Positions 29,872 through 39,851 of a DNA stretch of 40,518 nt are shown here, in pieces. The stretch is from Syntrophothermus sp. GTDB taxonomy: Bacteria > Bacillota > UBA5301 > JAMCQP01. The translations under genes and the position numbers were made by a program. A model generated the notes under the pieces. That model saw only the letters and a program-made list of their open reading frames with translations. It did not search any database and was not told the origin of the DNA. Location: NCBI GenBank assembly GCA_050260975.1, contig JBLNCV010000162.1, positions 1 through 40,518 on the forward strand, in the 5' to 3' direction. Position 1 is the first letter of the stretch. Every line of letters starts with the position of its first letter.

Positions 29872-31230
29872 TCAACCGGCCTGCAATCTCTTGATGATCT
29901 CCTTGAGGGTCTCGTTCAATGACGGGTCTTGGTGGATGCTTTCCTGGATCTTTTCATATGCGTGAATCACGGTGGAATGGTCTCTTCCACCGAATTCTTC
30001 TCCGATCCGGGGCAAGGATGCATCGGTGAGCTCGCGGGCCAAAAACATGGCCACCTGGCGAGGAAAAGCCACCGCCCGGGTTCGTTTTTTGGCTTTCATC
30101 TCCTCCAGAGGAAGGCCGAAATATTCGGCGACAATCATCTGTATACTGTCGATGGTAATTTGTTTAGGTTTGTTTCCCTGAACGATGTCCTTGAGCGCCT
30201 CGACGGCCACTTCCGTGGTCACCGGCGTGTTGTTCAATGAAGAGTACGCGATGACGCGGATCAGCGCGCCTTCTAATTCGCGGATGTTTGACTGGATCTG
30301 GTTGGCAATGTACGACATTACATCATTGGAGACCTCCAGTTTTTCCGCGCTGGCCTTCTTGCGCAGGATAGCGATTCTGGTCTCGAAGTCAGGGGGTTGG
30401 ATGTCGGTAATCAACCCCCACTCAAACCTTGAACGCAACCGGTCCTCCAGGGTGGGAATTTCCTTGGGAGGGCGATCGCTGGAGATCACAATCTGTTTGT
30501 TGGCTTCATACAAGGCGTTAAAGGTATGAAAGAACTCCTCCTGGGTGCGCTCTTTGCCTGCCAGAAATTGCACATCGTCAATTAATAACACATCTACGTT
30601 CCGATACTTTTTTCGGAACTCCGCGTTTTTTTCATCACGAATTGAGTTGATCAATTCGTTTGTGAAATTTTCCGAAGTAACATAGACCACCCTGGTCCCG
30701 GAATTTGTTTTCAACACATGGTGGCCAATGGCATGCATGAGATGTGTCTTGCCCAATCCGACCCCGCCGTAAATAAAGAGAGGGTTGTACACTTTTGCCG
30801 GAGTCTTGGCAACGGCGAGGGAAGCAGCGTGGGCGAAACGGTTGCTGTTCCCCACGACAAAGTTGTCGAAGGTATAGCGAGGATTGAGCCGGGACGGATT
30901 GGAAAAAGCCTTCTGTGGAGAAAAAAAGTCCGTCTCCGGTTGTTTGGATTCCGGTAAAGTGGTGGAGCCGGCTGGTGCGCCGTTTTGAGAAATTACCAGG
31001 CGTACCGAAAGAGGTTCGCCGACCACTGTATTCAAGGTTTTTTCGACTAATTTCATATACCGGGATTCCATCCATTCTTTGGCCAAGCGATCCGGAACCT
31101 CAAGAGTCAAAACATTCCCCTCCAGAGAAAGGGGCCGCGACCACTTTAAAAAAGCGAAGTTTGTCTTGGCTACCTCGGGTTCAATGAGGCTAAGTGATTG
31201 TTTCCATATTTTTGTTAAATGATCGTTCAT
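29872..31230 (-). CDS. dnaA: Chromosomal replication initiator DnaA
   Basis: [61 protein letters not shown]. Start moved to ATG 31230 (AGGAGG RBS). Confidence 0.98.
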   Translation of the reverse strand: MNDHLTKIWKQSLSLIEPEVAKTNFAFLKWSRPLSLEGNVLTLEVPDRLAKEWMESRYMKLVEKTLNTVVGEPLSVRLVISQNGAPAGSTTLPESKQPETDFFSPQKAFSNPSRLNPRYTFDNFVVGNSNRFAHAASLAVAKTPAKVYNPLFIYGGVGLGKTHLMHAIGHHVLKTNSGTRVVYVTSENFTNELINSIRDEKNAEFRKKYRNVDVLLIDDVQFLAGKERTQEEFFHTFNALYEANKQIVISSDRPPKEIPTLEDRLRSRFEWGLITDIQPPDFETRIAILRKKASAEKLEVSNDVMSYIANQIQSNIRELEGALIRVIAYSSLNNTPVTTEVAVEALKDIVQGNKPKQITIDSIQMIVAEYFGLPLEEMKAKKRTRAVAFPRQVAMFLARELTDASLPRIGEEFGGRDHSTVIHAYEKIQESIHQDPSLNETLKEIIKRLQAG

Positions 31231-31364
31231 CTTCTGTGAAGCCTCCTTGAAACCGGTTGGCGTTAGCTTCAAGCAAAAGGATCCCCGTCAGACCCAAAAG
31301 TAACAGGCTGCCGAGGATAGCGAAAAGTATATTTCGCCCCGCTCAAAGGTATTTCCTGCAAAAA

Positions 31365-31501
31365 GAAGTCCACAGGTTTTCCACAAGTTGTGAAAAACTA
31401 TAAGGGGGAAAAGGAGTTCCCAAGCGAAGGAGAGACTTTTTTGCACATGTGGGCAACCAATTAACAAGTTACCCACAAAGTTATCCACAAGCTGTGCATA
31501 T
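31365..31501. promoter_or_regulatory. DnaA-box cluster upstream of dnaA (second oriC part, autoregulation)
   Basis: TTTTCCACA 31377-31385, TTACCCACA 31469-31477, perfect TTATCCACA 31481-31489, plus several degenerate boxes. Confidence 0.88.
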
Positions 31502-31550
31502 CTCTACAAGGGAGAAATAGACTGGTTAGCGCTGGCTCGTTCCGTGTGTT

Positions 31551-31579
31551 ATGATAACAGATCAAAAATTGATCCGCAA
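31551..31579 (-). promoter_or_regulatory. Putative SigA promoter of dnaA
   Basis: TTGCGG (31579-31574), 17 nt, TATCAT (31556-31551) with TG extension; the DnaA boxes lie just downstream. Confidence 0.55.
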
Positions 31580-31699
31580 GTTCTGGATGAAGCCAAAAGA
31601 AGGACCTGTGCATATTTAGTTGTGGAGTTTGGAAGGATATGGCCGGTTGCAGGAGAATATGAATGATAAATACGGAGAGATGTGGGGGAGTCTTTTTTC

Positions 31700-31729
31700 T
31701 TGACATGAGAGGAAGCAATCGGCTATAAT
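31700..31729 (+). promoter_or_regulatory. SigA promoter of the rpmH operon
   Basis: TTGACA (31700-31705), 18 nt, TATAAT (31724-31729). Confidence 0.85.
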
Positions 31730-31772
31730 TTGATGTGGTTGTCTCACCGGTTCTCGTTAGGGGGTGACGGGC

Positions 31773-31907
31773 ATGAAGAGGACCTTCCAGCCTAAGGTAA
31801 GACGGCGGAAAGTTGTACATGGGTTTTTAAAGAGAATGAGCACCAAAGATGGGCGCAATGTCTTAAAAAGACGTCGGATGAAGGGTAGAAAGAGGTTGTG
31901 CGCCTAG
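31773..31907 (+). CDS. rpmH: 50S ribosomal protein L34
   Basis: Below the ORF-track cutoff. Manual translation [44 protein letters not shown] (44 aa). Confidence 0.98.
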   Translation: MKRTFQPKVRRRKVVHGFLKRMSTKDGRNVLKRRRMKGRKRLCA

Positions 31908-32276
31908 ATGGTTTGCCTTGTCCGGCTGAAAAGACCCGATGATTTCCGGCGGGTCTACGCCCATGGGACATCATACGTACATAAAGTTATTGTTTTGTAT
32001 GTCCTGCCGTCCGGGAAAGGTCTTTCGCGGATCGGTCTTGTGGTGAGCAAAAAGATCGGCAAGGCGGTAGTCCGAAACAAGATTAAGCGCCGGTTGCGCG
32101 CAATCACGGATTCTGCGCAGATAACCGGCGGGTTTGATCTGGTGGTCGTGGCCAGAGGGCGGGCCAGGGAGGCGACTTTCGGGGCATTGCAGGAGGCATT
32201 CTCTTTGCTGGCGCGTAAAGCTGGAATCTGGGTTGATGGCGAGGACACGCCAGTTCGTGCAAAGGAGGACGAGTAG
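31908..32276 (+). CDS. rnpA: Ribonuclease P protein component
   Basis: [36 protein letters not shown]. Confidence 0.97.
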   Translation: MVCLVRLKRPDDFRRVYAHGTSYVHKVIVLYVLPSGKGLSRIGLVVSKKIGKAVVRNKIKRRLRAITDSAQITGGFDLVVVARGRAREATFGALQEAFSLLARKAGIWVDGEDTPVRAKEDE

Positions 32277-32485
32277 TGCGCTTTCTTGTTCTCGGCCTCA
32301 TTCGTGTCTATCAGAAGGTGATTTCTCCCCTTAAGCCGAGAAGTTGCCGGTTTTATCCAACTTGTTCGGAGTACGCTGCCGGCGCCGTGCAAAAACATGG
32401 TGTCGTCAGGGGTGGCTATCTGGCAATCCGGCGGCTGTTGCGGTGCCACCCGTTTCATCCCGGTGGTTTTGATCCTGTTCCTTAA
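32276..32485 (+). CDS. yidD: Membrane protein insertion efficiency factor YidD
   Basis: YQKVISPL...[11 protein letters not shown]...[17 protein letters not shown]. Confidence 0.97.
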   Translation: MRFLVLGLIRVYQKVISPLKPRSCRFYPTCSEYAAGAVQKHGVVRGGYLAIRRLLRCHPFHPGGFDPVP

Positions 32486-32489
32486 CTAA

Positions 32490-33137
32490 TTGAAACGGGA
32501 GGTTGGGGGTTTGTCTTTATTACGCGAGGTGATGGTGGCTTCCCTCAAGTTTTTTTATCAATTTACGGGCAGTTACGGGTGGGCGATCATTCTTTTGACC
32601 GTCGCTATTCGTCTTATTTTGTACCCGTTGTTTGCCACTCAGACCAAGACTGCGGCGGTGATGAAGGAGTTACAGCCAAAATTGGCCGAACTTCAGGCCA
32701 AGTATAAGAGTAAACCCGAAGAGTACCAAAAAAAGATGATGGAACTGTATAAGGAACACAAGATCAACCCCCTTGGGGGGTGTCTACCTGCATTGATCCA
32801 GTTGCCGTTTCTTTGGGCTCTTTTTCAGGTACTCGGAAGCTTTCAGTTCGGGCAGGAACGTTTTTTGGGTCTATGGATCCTGACCAAGCCGGATCCTTAC
32901 TACATCCTGCCAATCCTGGCGGCGCTAACCACCTATATTCAGATGGCGATGACCACCACGGATCCTTCCCAACGGGCGATGACCATGATTATGCCGATCT
33001 TTATCGGCTGGATGAGCATAAAGTTCGCATCCGGCCTGGCGATCTACTGGGTTGTGAGTAACATTTTCTCCATTGGCCAACAATATATTACCAACCGGCA
33101 AATGGCGGTGCGTCAAGAAGGGGGCAAGGCAAAGTGA
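32490..33137 (+). CDS. yidC: YidC/Oxa1/SpoIIIJ membrane insertase (short form)
   Basis: YGWAIILLTVAIRLIL, LQPKL, LYKEHKINPLGGCLP, GLAIYWVVSN. The start may be slightly downstream. Confidence 0.95.
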   Translation: MKREVGGLSLLREVMVASLKFFYQFTGSYGWAIILLTVAIRLILYPLFATQTKTAAVMKELQPKLAELQAKYKSKPEEYQKKMMELYKEHKINPLGGCLPALIQLPFLWALFQVLGSFQFGQERFLGLWILTKPDPYYILPILAALTTYIQMAMTTTDPSQRAMTMIMPIFIGWMSIKFASGLAIYWVVSNIFSIGQQYITNRQMAVRQEGGKAK

Positions 33138-33856
33138 AGGAAGTGACCGTTACCGGCAAAAGTATCGAAGATGCGGTAGCAGAGGCTTTGCAATTGCTGG
33201 GTGCCCCGAGAAGCCAGGTCGATGTTGAGGTTCTGGATGAAGGGACCAAGGGTCTTTTTGGCCTTTTGGGAAGCAAATCGGCCAAGGTCCGTGTGATATT
33301 GAAGGAGAAGCCGGTGACCGGCGGAGCTGTCCCAAAGAACCAAACAGAGCACAAGAGCCAACCTGAACAAATCCGAGAGGATAGGACCAAAAAAGCGAGT
33401 GAATTCTTGTCGCAATTTTGCCGGATTCTTGATGTGGAAGCGGATATCACTCAGGGAGAAGGGACCGATGGAACGATAACCCTCGAAGTGAACGGTACCG
33501 ACCTGGGGATTCTAATCGGGCGCCATGGGCAAACATTGGATGCTTTGCAGTACCTGGTAAATTTGGCGGCCAACAAGGGTAGTAAAGGTGGACAGGATTG
33601 GGTAAGATTTGTTGTGGATGTGGAAGGATACCGGCGCAGGCGGGAAGAGACCTTACAAAGTCTTGCGCACCGGTTGGCCACCAAAGTCAAGGTTTACGGG
33701 AGAAAGACCGTGCTGGAGCCCATGACACCTCAGGAGCGCCGGATCATACATACGGCTCTTCAAGATGACCCGGATGTTTATACCTATAGCGAAGGAGAGG
33801 AGCCTTTCCGCCGGGTAATTATCAGCCTCAAGGAGAAGGCCGGTAACAAAAAGTAG
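33134..33856 (+). CDS. jag: Jag/EloR/KhpB RNA-binding protein
   Basis: Jag N-domain (TGKSIEDAV...KGLFGLLG), KH motif GILIGRHGQTL, R3H motif ERRIIH. Confidence 0.95.
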   Translation: MKEVTVTGKSIEDAVAEALQLLGAPRSQVDVEVLDEGTKGLFGLLGSKSAKVRVILKEKPVTGGAVPKNQTEHKSQPEQIREDRTKKASEFLSQFCRILDVEADITQGEGTDGTITLEVNGTDLGILIGRHGQTLDALQYLVNLAANKGSKGGQDWVRFVVDVEGYRRRREETLQSLAHRLATKVKVYGRKTVLEPMTPQERRIIHTALQDDPDVYTYSEGEEPFRRVIISLKEKAGNKK

Positions 33857-33955
33857 CTGCAGGCGCAGAGAAGCTGGAGTCGTCGGGTTTTCTATCTTGA
33901 TGCGTGCCGGGGAGGGCACGCATTTGTGTTAAATGCGAAAGAAAGGTGCTGGCGT

Positions 33956-35341
33956 GTGGATCAGGATACTATTGCCGCTATTTCCACTGCCCTGGGGGAA
34001 AGCGGGATCGCCATCGTTCGCATCAGCGGCGATCAAGCCATCCCCATCGTTGACCGCCTCTTTCGCCCGCGTCGGAGCGGGGAGTCATTGAGCGTGGGTC
34101 CCTCTTTCTCCATGCGCCTGGGCGAAATTGTCGATCATCAGACTGGAAAGGTGATCGATGAGGCTATTGTTTCGGTGATGCGTAAGCCGCGAACCTATAC
34201 CCGTGAAGATGTGGTGGAGATCAATTGCCACGGTGGGCTGGCAGCGGTACGCAGGGTGTTGGAGGCTGTTTTGGCCAACGGCGCCAGGCTCGCGGAGCCC
34301 GGAGAATTTACCAAAAGAGCCTTTTTAAATGGGCGTCTGGATCTCTCTCAGGCCGAGGCGGTCATTGATATTATCAGAGCCAAGGCCGACGGGAGCCTCC
34401 GGCTGGCGATGGAAAATCTAGCCGGAGGATTATCCGCCACGGTTCGGGAGTTGCGGAAGATTTTGATTGGGATCAGCGCATCAATTGAGGCGGCGATTGA
34501 TTTCCCCGATGAGGAGATCCCCGGGTTGGAGCCGGGAGAGGTACTCAGCCAACTGGGCGAAGTCTCGGCCAGGCTGGACAGGCTTATCGAATCAGCGGAG
34601 ATCGGAAAGGTTTACCGTGAAGGAGTGGGAACGGTAATCGTCGGGAAACCTAACGTCGGCAAGTCCAGCCTCCTCAACGCTCTTTTACGCGAATCCCGCG
34701 CTATCGTCACCGATGTACCCGGCACTACCAGGGATGCAATCGAGGAACTGGTGAATCTTGAAGGGATCCCTTTTCGCCTGGTGGATACCGCCGGGATCCG
34801 GGAGACCAGCGATGCCGTGGAAAAGCTTGGAGTAGAACGAACACGCCAGTTTTTAGAGCGCGCCGATCTGGTTATTCTGGTGGTTGATGCACACCAGGGC
34901 CTTTCCCGGGAGGATCGAGAGATCATCAAGGAACTCCTGGTAAAGAAGACCCTCGTGGTCATTAATAAGACGGATCTGCCGGAATCAGAAGATATCGCGA
35001 AATTGACCGATCTGTTGCCCGGAAGGCGCTTTGTGCGCATGTCTCTTGTCCAGGGTTGGGGATTGTCCGAGTTGGAGGCAGCCATGGTGGATGCCGTGGC
35101 CGGAGGACGGATCTCGCCTGGTGAGGGAGTTTTGGTCAGCAATCTGCGGCATAAGGAGGCACTCAAGCGGGCGCGACGATCGGTACAGGAGGCCAGGAAC
35201 ACCATGGTTCAAGGTTTGCCCGAGGATCTTTTGACAGTGGACTTGAAGGCTGCGCTGGATGCCCTGGGGGAGATCACCGGGGAGACGGTTGATGATGAGG
35301 TTGTGAACCAGATCTTCAGCCAGTTTTGCATCGGAAAGTAG
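33956..35341 (+). CDS. mnmE: tRNA modification GTPase MnmE (TrmE)
   Basis: [47 protein letters not shown]-terminus. Start moved to GTG 33956 by RBS. Confidence 0.98.
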   Translation: MDQDTIAAISTALGESGIAIVRISGDQAIPIVDRLFRPRRSGESLSVGPSFSMRLGEIVDHQTGKVIDEAIVSVMRKPRTYTREDVVEINCHGGLAAVRRVLEAVLANGARLAEPGEFTKRAFLNGRLDLSQAEAVIDIIRAKADGSLRLAMENLAGGLSATVRELRKILIGISASIEAAIDFPDEEIPGLEPGEVLSQLGEVSARLDRLIESAEIGKVYREGVGTVIVGKPNVGKSSLLNALLRESRAIVTDVPGTTRDAIEELVNLEGIPFRLVDTAGIRETSDAVEKLGVERTRQFLERADLVILVVDAHQGLSREDREIIKELLVKKTLVVINKTDLPESEDIAKLTDLLPGRRFVRMSLVQGWGLSELEAAMVDAVAGGRISPGEGVLVSNLRHKEALKRARRSVQEARNTMVQGLPEDLLTVDLKAALDALGEITGETVDDEVVNQIFSQFCIGK

Positions 35342-35352
35342 AGGTGTGGGGG

Positions 35353-37263
35353 ATGCCGCTCCAGCGGGAAGATTCGGTATACGGGCGTTATGATGTGATC
35401 GTGGTGGGCGCCGGGCATGCCGGATGTGAGGCAGGGTTGGCGGCAGCGCGCATGGGTTGCCGGACTCTGATCTTGACCATCAATCTGGATAACGTGGGTT
35501 GGATGCCGTGCAACCCGGCGATTGGCGGCCCGGCCAAGAGCCACCTGGTGCGGGAGGTGGATGCGCTGGGAGGAGAAATGGGCAAAAACATCGACCGGAC
35601 CTATATCCAGATCCGCATGCTTAATACCCGCAAGGGACCGGCTGTCCATTCCCTGCGCGCCCAGGCGGACCGGATCGCCTATCACGTGGCCATGAAGGAA
35701 GCTTTGGAGAAGACGCCCAACCTCGAGCTAAAACAGGCGATTGTGACGGAGTTGGTGGTCCGGGGAGGCCGGGCAGTCGGAGTGCGGCTTAAGACGGGGA
35801 CCTTTATCGAGGGCTCCACGGTGGTGTTGACCACCGGGACCTACCTGAGGGGACGGATTCATATCGGGGAGATCAGTTACGAATCGGGGCCGCACGGGCA
35901 GCAAGCCGCAAGCGAACTTTCGGAAAGCTTGCGGGGGTTGGGTCTCTCCTTGATGCGTTTTAAAACTGGTACCCCACCAAGGGTAGACAAACGTTCGCTT
36001 GATTTCAGCAAGATGGAGATTCAACCGGGCCATGACGTGGTTACCGGCTTCTCTTTTTCCGATGTTCCCGGCCGCCGGAAGTTTGAGGCGGGCAATGAAC
36101 AGGTTCCCTGTTGGTTGACCTATACCACCCCGGCTACCCATGCCATTATTGAAAGAAATATGCACCGCGCGCCGGTTTTCAGCGGGGCGATCACCGGGGT
36201 CGGACCGCGATACTGCCCCTCCATTGAAACGAAGGTCGCAGAGTTTCCGGAGAAGCCACGTCACCAGATCTTTATCGAACCGGAAGGGTTGCATACCTAT
36301 GAAATGTACGTAAGCGGGCTCTCGACCAGCTTGCCGGAGGATGTCCAGGTGGAATTGCTGCACAGTATTCCAGGCCTGGAAAACGCTGTGGTGATGCGCC
36401 TCGGTTACGCCATAGAGTACGACTGCCTGGACCCGACTCAGCTAACTCCAAGCCTGGAAACCAAAACAATCGGCGGGTTGTTTACCGCCGGGCAGATCAA
36501 CGGGACTTCCGGGTACGAGGAGGCTGCCGCGCAAGGGATCATGGCGGGGATCAACGCGGCCTTGCGGGTCAAGGGAGAAGAACCTTTTATTCTAGACCGC
36601 TCCGAAGCCTATATTGGAGTTTTAATAGATGATCTGGTCACCAAGGGGACGCAAGAACCATACCGGATGTTGACCACTAGGGCGGAATACCGGCTCCTGT
36701 TGCGGCAGGATAACGCGGATCTCCGGCTTACCGAAAAGGGGCGCGCCCTGGGGCTGGTTGGCGACGAACAGTACCGCAGGTTTGCGGAAAAGCGGGAGAT
36801 GATCGCCCGGGAGGAAGAGCGCCTGCGGAGGGTCGCCATAAACCCGAGCGAGGATGTCCAGGAGGTTCTGGAAGGGGTGGAATCCTCAGTATTGCGGAGC
36901 CCCACCACTCTGGCAGAACTCTTGAAACGTCCGGAACTTACCTATCAGAGTCTGGCTCCTCTGGATCCCGGGAGGACTCCCCTGCCGGCGGAAGTGGTGG
37001 AAGAGGTGGAGTTACGGCTAAAATACGAAGGATATATTTCCAGGCAGTCCGAGCAGGTACAACGCTTTAAAAAGATGGAAGGGCTAAGGATCCCACCGGA
37101 AATTGTCTATGAGGAGATCACCGGACTTTCCACTGAAGCCAGGGAGAAACTGGCTAAAATTCGTCCCCTCTCGTTCGGCCAGGCATCAAGGATCTCCGGG
37201 GTTTCTCCGGCCGATCTGTCGGTGCTGGCTGTTTACCTGGAGCAATGGCGGCGGCGAGACTGA
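35353..37263 (+). CDS. mnmG: tRNA uridine-34 modification enzyme MnmG (GidA)
   Basis: [55 protein letters not shown]. Start moved to ATG 35353. Confidence 0.98.
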   Translation: MPLQREDSVYGRYDVIVVGAGHAGCEAGLAAARMGCRTLILTINLDNVGWMPCNPAIGGPAKSHLVREVDALGGEMGKNIDRTYIQIRMLNTRKGPAVHSLRAQADRIAYHVAMKEALEKTPNLELKQAIVTELVVRGGRAVGVRLKTGTFIEGSTVVLTTGTYLRGRIHIGEISYESGPHGQQAASELSESLRGLGLSLMRFKTGTPPRVDKRSLDFSKMEIQPGHDVVTGFSFSDVPGRRKFEAGNEQVPCWLTYTTPATHAIIERNMHRAPVFSGAITGVGPRYCPSIETKVAEFPEKPRHQIFIEPEGLHTYEMYVSGLSTSLPEDVQVELLHSIPGLENAVVMRLGYAIEYDCLDPTQLTPSLETKTIGGLFTAGQINGTSGYEEAAAQGIMAGINAALRVKGEEPFILDRSEAYIGVLIDDLVTKGTQEPYRMLTTRAEYRLLLRQDNADLRLTEKGRALGLVGDEQYRRFAEKREMIAREEERLRRVAINPSEDVQEVLEGVESSVLRSPTTLAELLKRPELTYQSLAPLDPGRTPLPAEVVEEVELRLKYEGYISRQSEQVQRFKKMEGLRIPPEIVYEEITGLSTEAREKLAKIRPLSFGQASRISGVSPADLSVLAVYLEQWRRRD

Positions 37264-37283
37264 GATGAGCGAGGAAATGCGCG

Positions 37284-38045
37284 ATGTCCGACGGGCTTGT
37301 GAAGACCGGCGAAGGGGCCGGCCAAGCAGTGTTTCGACGTTATCTTGAAGAATGGGCGCGCTCCGGTGCGGGGATCACCCTGGATTCCCGGCAGATTGAC
37401 CTTTTTATGAAGTATCTGGTGGAATTGATGGAATGGAACAAACGAATTAACCTTACCGCGATCCATGAGGAAGGGGAGATCGTCCAGAAACATTTCATTG
37501 ATTCCCTTACATGCCTTTTGGCAGCACCCTTTCCCACCGGGAGCCGTCTCATCGATGTGGGTGCCGGAGCGGGCTTTCCCGGGATTCCCTTAAAAATTGC
37601 CAGGCCTGACCTGGTCGTTACCCTGCTGGATGCGCTCCAGAAGCGAGTGATCTTTTTGGAGCATCTTTGCGGGGAGTTGGGCTTGAAAGAGATCCAGGCG
37701 GTGCAGGGGAGGGCTGAGGATGTGGCACATACCGCCCCACACCGGGAAAGTTATGACATCGCTACGGCCAGGGCGGTGGCCAGGTTGCGGGTTTTGGCGG
37801 AATATGCCCTTCCCTTTGTCCGGGTGGGAGGAATATTTATAGCCCAGAAAGGACCGGAGATTGCTCCTGAACTTGAAGAAGCCCGGCCGGCGATAAAACG
37901 GCTGGGTGGGGAATTCCGGTTGGTTAAAAAGTTGGCCTTGCCCCAGGAGGCCGGGGAAAGGAACCTGGTGGTAATTGGCAAGGTCTCCCCTACCCCGCCG
38001 GAATTTCCTCGTAAGGCCGGGACCCCCGAAAAAAAACCCCTGTAA
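37284..38045 (+). CDS. rsmG: 16S rRNA m7G527 methyltransferase RsmG (GidB)
   Basis: WNKRINLTAI, KHFIDSL, DVGAGAGFPGIPL, GRAE, ARAVA. Confidence 0.97.
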   Translation: MSDGLVKTGEGAGQAVFRRYLEEWARSGAGITLDSRQIDLFMKYLVELMEWNKRINLTAIHEEGEIVQKHFIDSLTCLLAAPFPTGSRLIDVGAGAGFPGIPLKIARPDLVVTLLDALQKRVIFLEHLCGELGLKEIQAVQGRAEDVAHTAPHRESYDIATARAVARLRVLAEYALPFVRVGGIFIAQKGPEIAPELEEARPAIKRLGGEFRLVKKLALPQEAGERNLVVIGKVSPTPPEFPRKAGTPEKKPL

Positions 38046-38058
38046 GGGGTCTTTTTTT
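38029..38058 (+). terminator. Intrinsic (probably bidirectional) terminator overlapping the rsmG stop
   Basis: A8-CCCCT-GTA-AGGGGT-C-T7. Confidence 0.75.
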
Positions 38059-38107
38059 AAGCCCTTCAGACCAGCCGATCTTTTAACCTCCCTACTGGGG
38101 ATCTTGG

Positions 38108-38134
38108 GCAGGAAGTCCGAGGAGGGTGGCGAAA
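38108..38134 (+). promoter_or_regulatory. Possible SigH-type promoter for noc
   Basis: GCAGGAAGT-N11-GGCGAAA resembles the SigH consensus (RnAGGAwWW-N11/12-RnnGAAT) with mismatches; also contains a 0A-box-like TGGCGAA. Confidence 0.35.
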
Positions 38135-38144
38135 TTTAGATTAC

Positions 38145-39050
38145 ATGTCTGCGAGCACAAATCGAAATCCGGAACCAAAGGTGGCGGTATCGATGGGGGA
38201 ATCTGAACGCCATGCAATTGTGGAAATCCCCGTGGAACTAATTGATGCCAGCCCATATCAACCGCGGCGGAATTTTGACGAGGGAAGCCTGGCGGAATTG
38301 GGCCAGTCGATTCAAGAGCGCGGGGTTATCCAGCCAATCCTTGTTTGTCGGGCCGGCGCCCGATATGAGCTTGTGGCCGGGGAAAGACGTCTGCGTGCGT
38401 GCCGTGCCCTGGGGATGAAGACCATTCCGGCGATAGTGGTTGAATTGCCCGAAGTGGAAAAAGCGGAGACCGCGTTGATTGAAAACCTGCAAAGAAAGGA
38501 TTTGAACTGTCTGGAAGAGGCGGAAGGATATGAGCGGTTGATCCGCGAGTTCAATTATACTCAGGAGGAGTTGGCCCGGCGGGTTGGTAGAAGCCAGGCG
38601 GCGATTGCAAACAAGTTACGGTTGCTCAGGTTGCCGGAAAAAGTCAAAGAAAATATTTCCCGGGAAATAATCTCCGAAAGACATGCGAGGGCCCTCCTGG
38701 GGCTGGCCCGGGAAGCCGATCAGTTGAAAGCATTGGAGGAGATCATCCGCCGCCAGCTGAATGTACGTCAGGCCGAGGAACTGGTGCAGGCTCTCCTTGC
38801 GAACGGGACCGGGAAAGATCATCCACCAAAGGCCAGACCAAATGTGATCCGGATTTTGAAAGATCTGCGCATCTTTAAAAATTCGTTATATCAGCTGATA
38901 CGTGAACTCGAAAAGTGCGGCGTACCGGTGGAGCTCGAGGAGTCCGACGACGAGGAAGTTTATACGGTCCATATGGTGATAAAAAAGACCGGGTTGAAGA
39001 GAAAGAGCACCAAAGGAAGGATTGGCTTGGGACGCCGGGTGATCTCCTAG
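38145..39050 (+). CDS. noc: Nucleoid occlusion protein Noc (ParB paralogue)
   Basis: PYQPRR, VAGERRLRA, ENLQR, Noc-type HTH SQAAIANKLRLLR and ERHAR; lies between rsmG and parA. The start may be ATG 38193 (AAAGGTGG RBS). Confidence 0.9.
   Translation: MSASTNRNPEPKVAVSMGESERHAIVEIPVELIDASPYQPRRNFDEGSLAELGQSIQERGVIQPILVCRAGARYELVAGERRLRACRALGMKTIPAIVVELPEVEKAETALIENLQRKDLNCLEEAEGYERLIREFNYTQEELARRVGRSQAAIANKLRLLRLPEKVKENISREIISERHARALLGLAREADQLKALEEIIRRQLNVRQAEELVQALLANGTGKDHPPKARPNVIRILKDLRIFKNSLYQLIRELEKCGVPVELEESDDEEVYTVHMVIKKTGLKRKSTKGRIGLGRRVIS
38654..38669. promoter_or_regulatory. Noc-binding site (NBS) inside noc
   Basis: Perfect palindrome TATTTCCCGGGAAATA, matching the B. subtilis NBS consensus. 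Confidence 0.85.
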
Positions 39051-39089
39051 GTCGGCAAAGGAGTGTTTGGGCCAAGAGGAGGGTAAAAG

Positions 39090-39851
39090 ATGGGTAAAAT
39101 TTTTGCTGTAGTGAACCAGAAGGGCGGAGTCGGTAAAACCACGACGGTGATCAATTTAGGGGCTTGCCTGGCGGAGCAGGGGCGGAAGGTGCTGATGGTG
39201 GATGTGGATCCCCAGGGAAATACCAGTAGTGGGATTGGCATCGACAAGAGCAAGTTGAATATGTGTATATATGATGTTCTAATCAATGAGCGACAGATTG
39301 ACGAGGTAAAGGTTCCGTCCGGTTATCCGCGCCTGGATCTTGTTCCAGCCAGAATTCATCTGGCGGGGGCTGAAATTGAGCTGGTATCAACTGTAGGCCG
39401 GGAGTTCAGGCTGAAAGAGGCATTGAAAGCCGTTCGTGATCGTTATGACTACATTCTTCTGGATTGTCCACCCTCTTTGGGACTGTTGACATTGAATGCA
39501 CTGGCTGCGGCTGACGGGGCTTTAGTACCTATCCAGTGCGAGTACTTTGCGTTGGAAGGGTTAAGCCAGCTTTTGAAGACCATTGAACTGGTACAACGGC
39601 ATCTGAACCCGTCACTTCAAATTTCCGGGGTTGTGATGACCATGTTTGATGCCAGAACTAATCTGGCTCAGCAGGTGATTGATGAGGTAAAGGCCCATTT
39701 CGGGGAAAAAGTTTTTGCCACTGTTATTCCACGTAATATTCGCCTCAGTGAGGCGCCAAGCTTTGGACAGCCGGTAATCGTTTATGACGGCAAATCTCGG
39801 GGAGCTCTTTCATATCAGGACCTGGCAAAGGAGGTAATCGCCCGTGGTTAG
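39090..39851 (+). CDS. parA: ParA/Soj ATPase
   Basis: NQKGGVGKTTT, DVDPQGN, DCPPSLG, QCEYFALEG, IPRNIRLSEAPSFG. Confidence 0.98.
   Translation: MGKIFAVVNQKGGVGKTTTVINLGACLAEQGRKVLMVDVDPQGNTSSGIGIDKSKLNMCIYDVLINERQIDEVKVPSGYPRLDLVPARIHLAGAEIELVSTVGREFRLKEALKAVRDRYDYILLDCPPSLGLLTLNALAAADGALVPIQCEYFALEGLSQLLKTIELVQRHLNPSLQISGVVMTMFDARTNLAQQVIDEVKAHFGEKVFATVIPRNIRLSEAPSFGQPVIVYDGKSRGALSYQDLAKEVIARG

Noticed and set aside
31288-31820. ORFs of 66 and 119 aa in the dnaA-rpmH spacer
   Set aside because: They overlap DnaA boxes, promoters and rpmH, and show no protein features.
37564-37577. Partial NBS-like CTTTCCCGGGATTC in rsmG (and a similar one near 34901 in mnmE)
   Set aside because: Several mismatches to the NBS; explained by conserved codons (FPGI) and GC-rich CCCGGG frequency.
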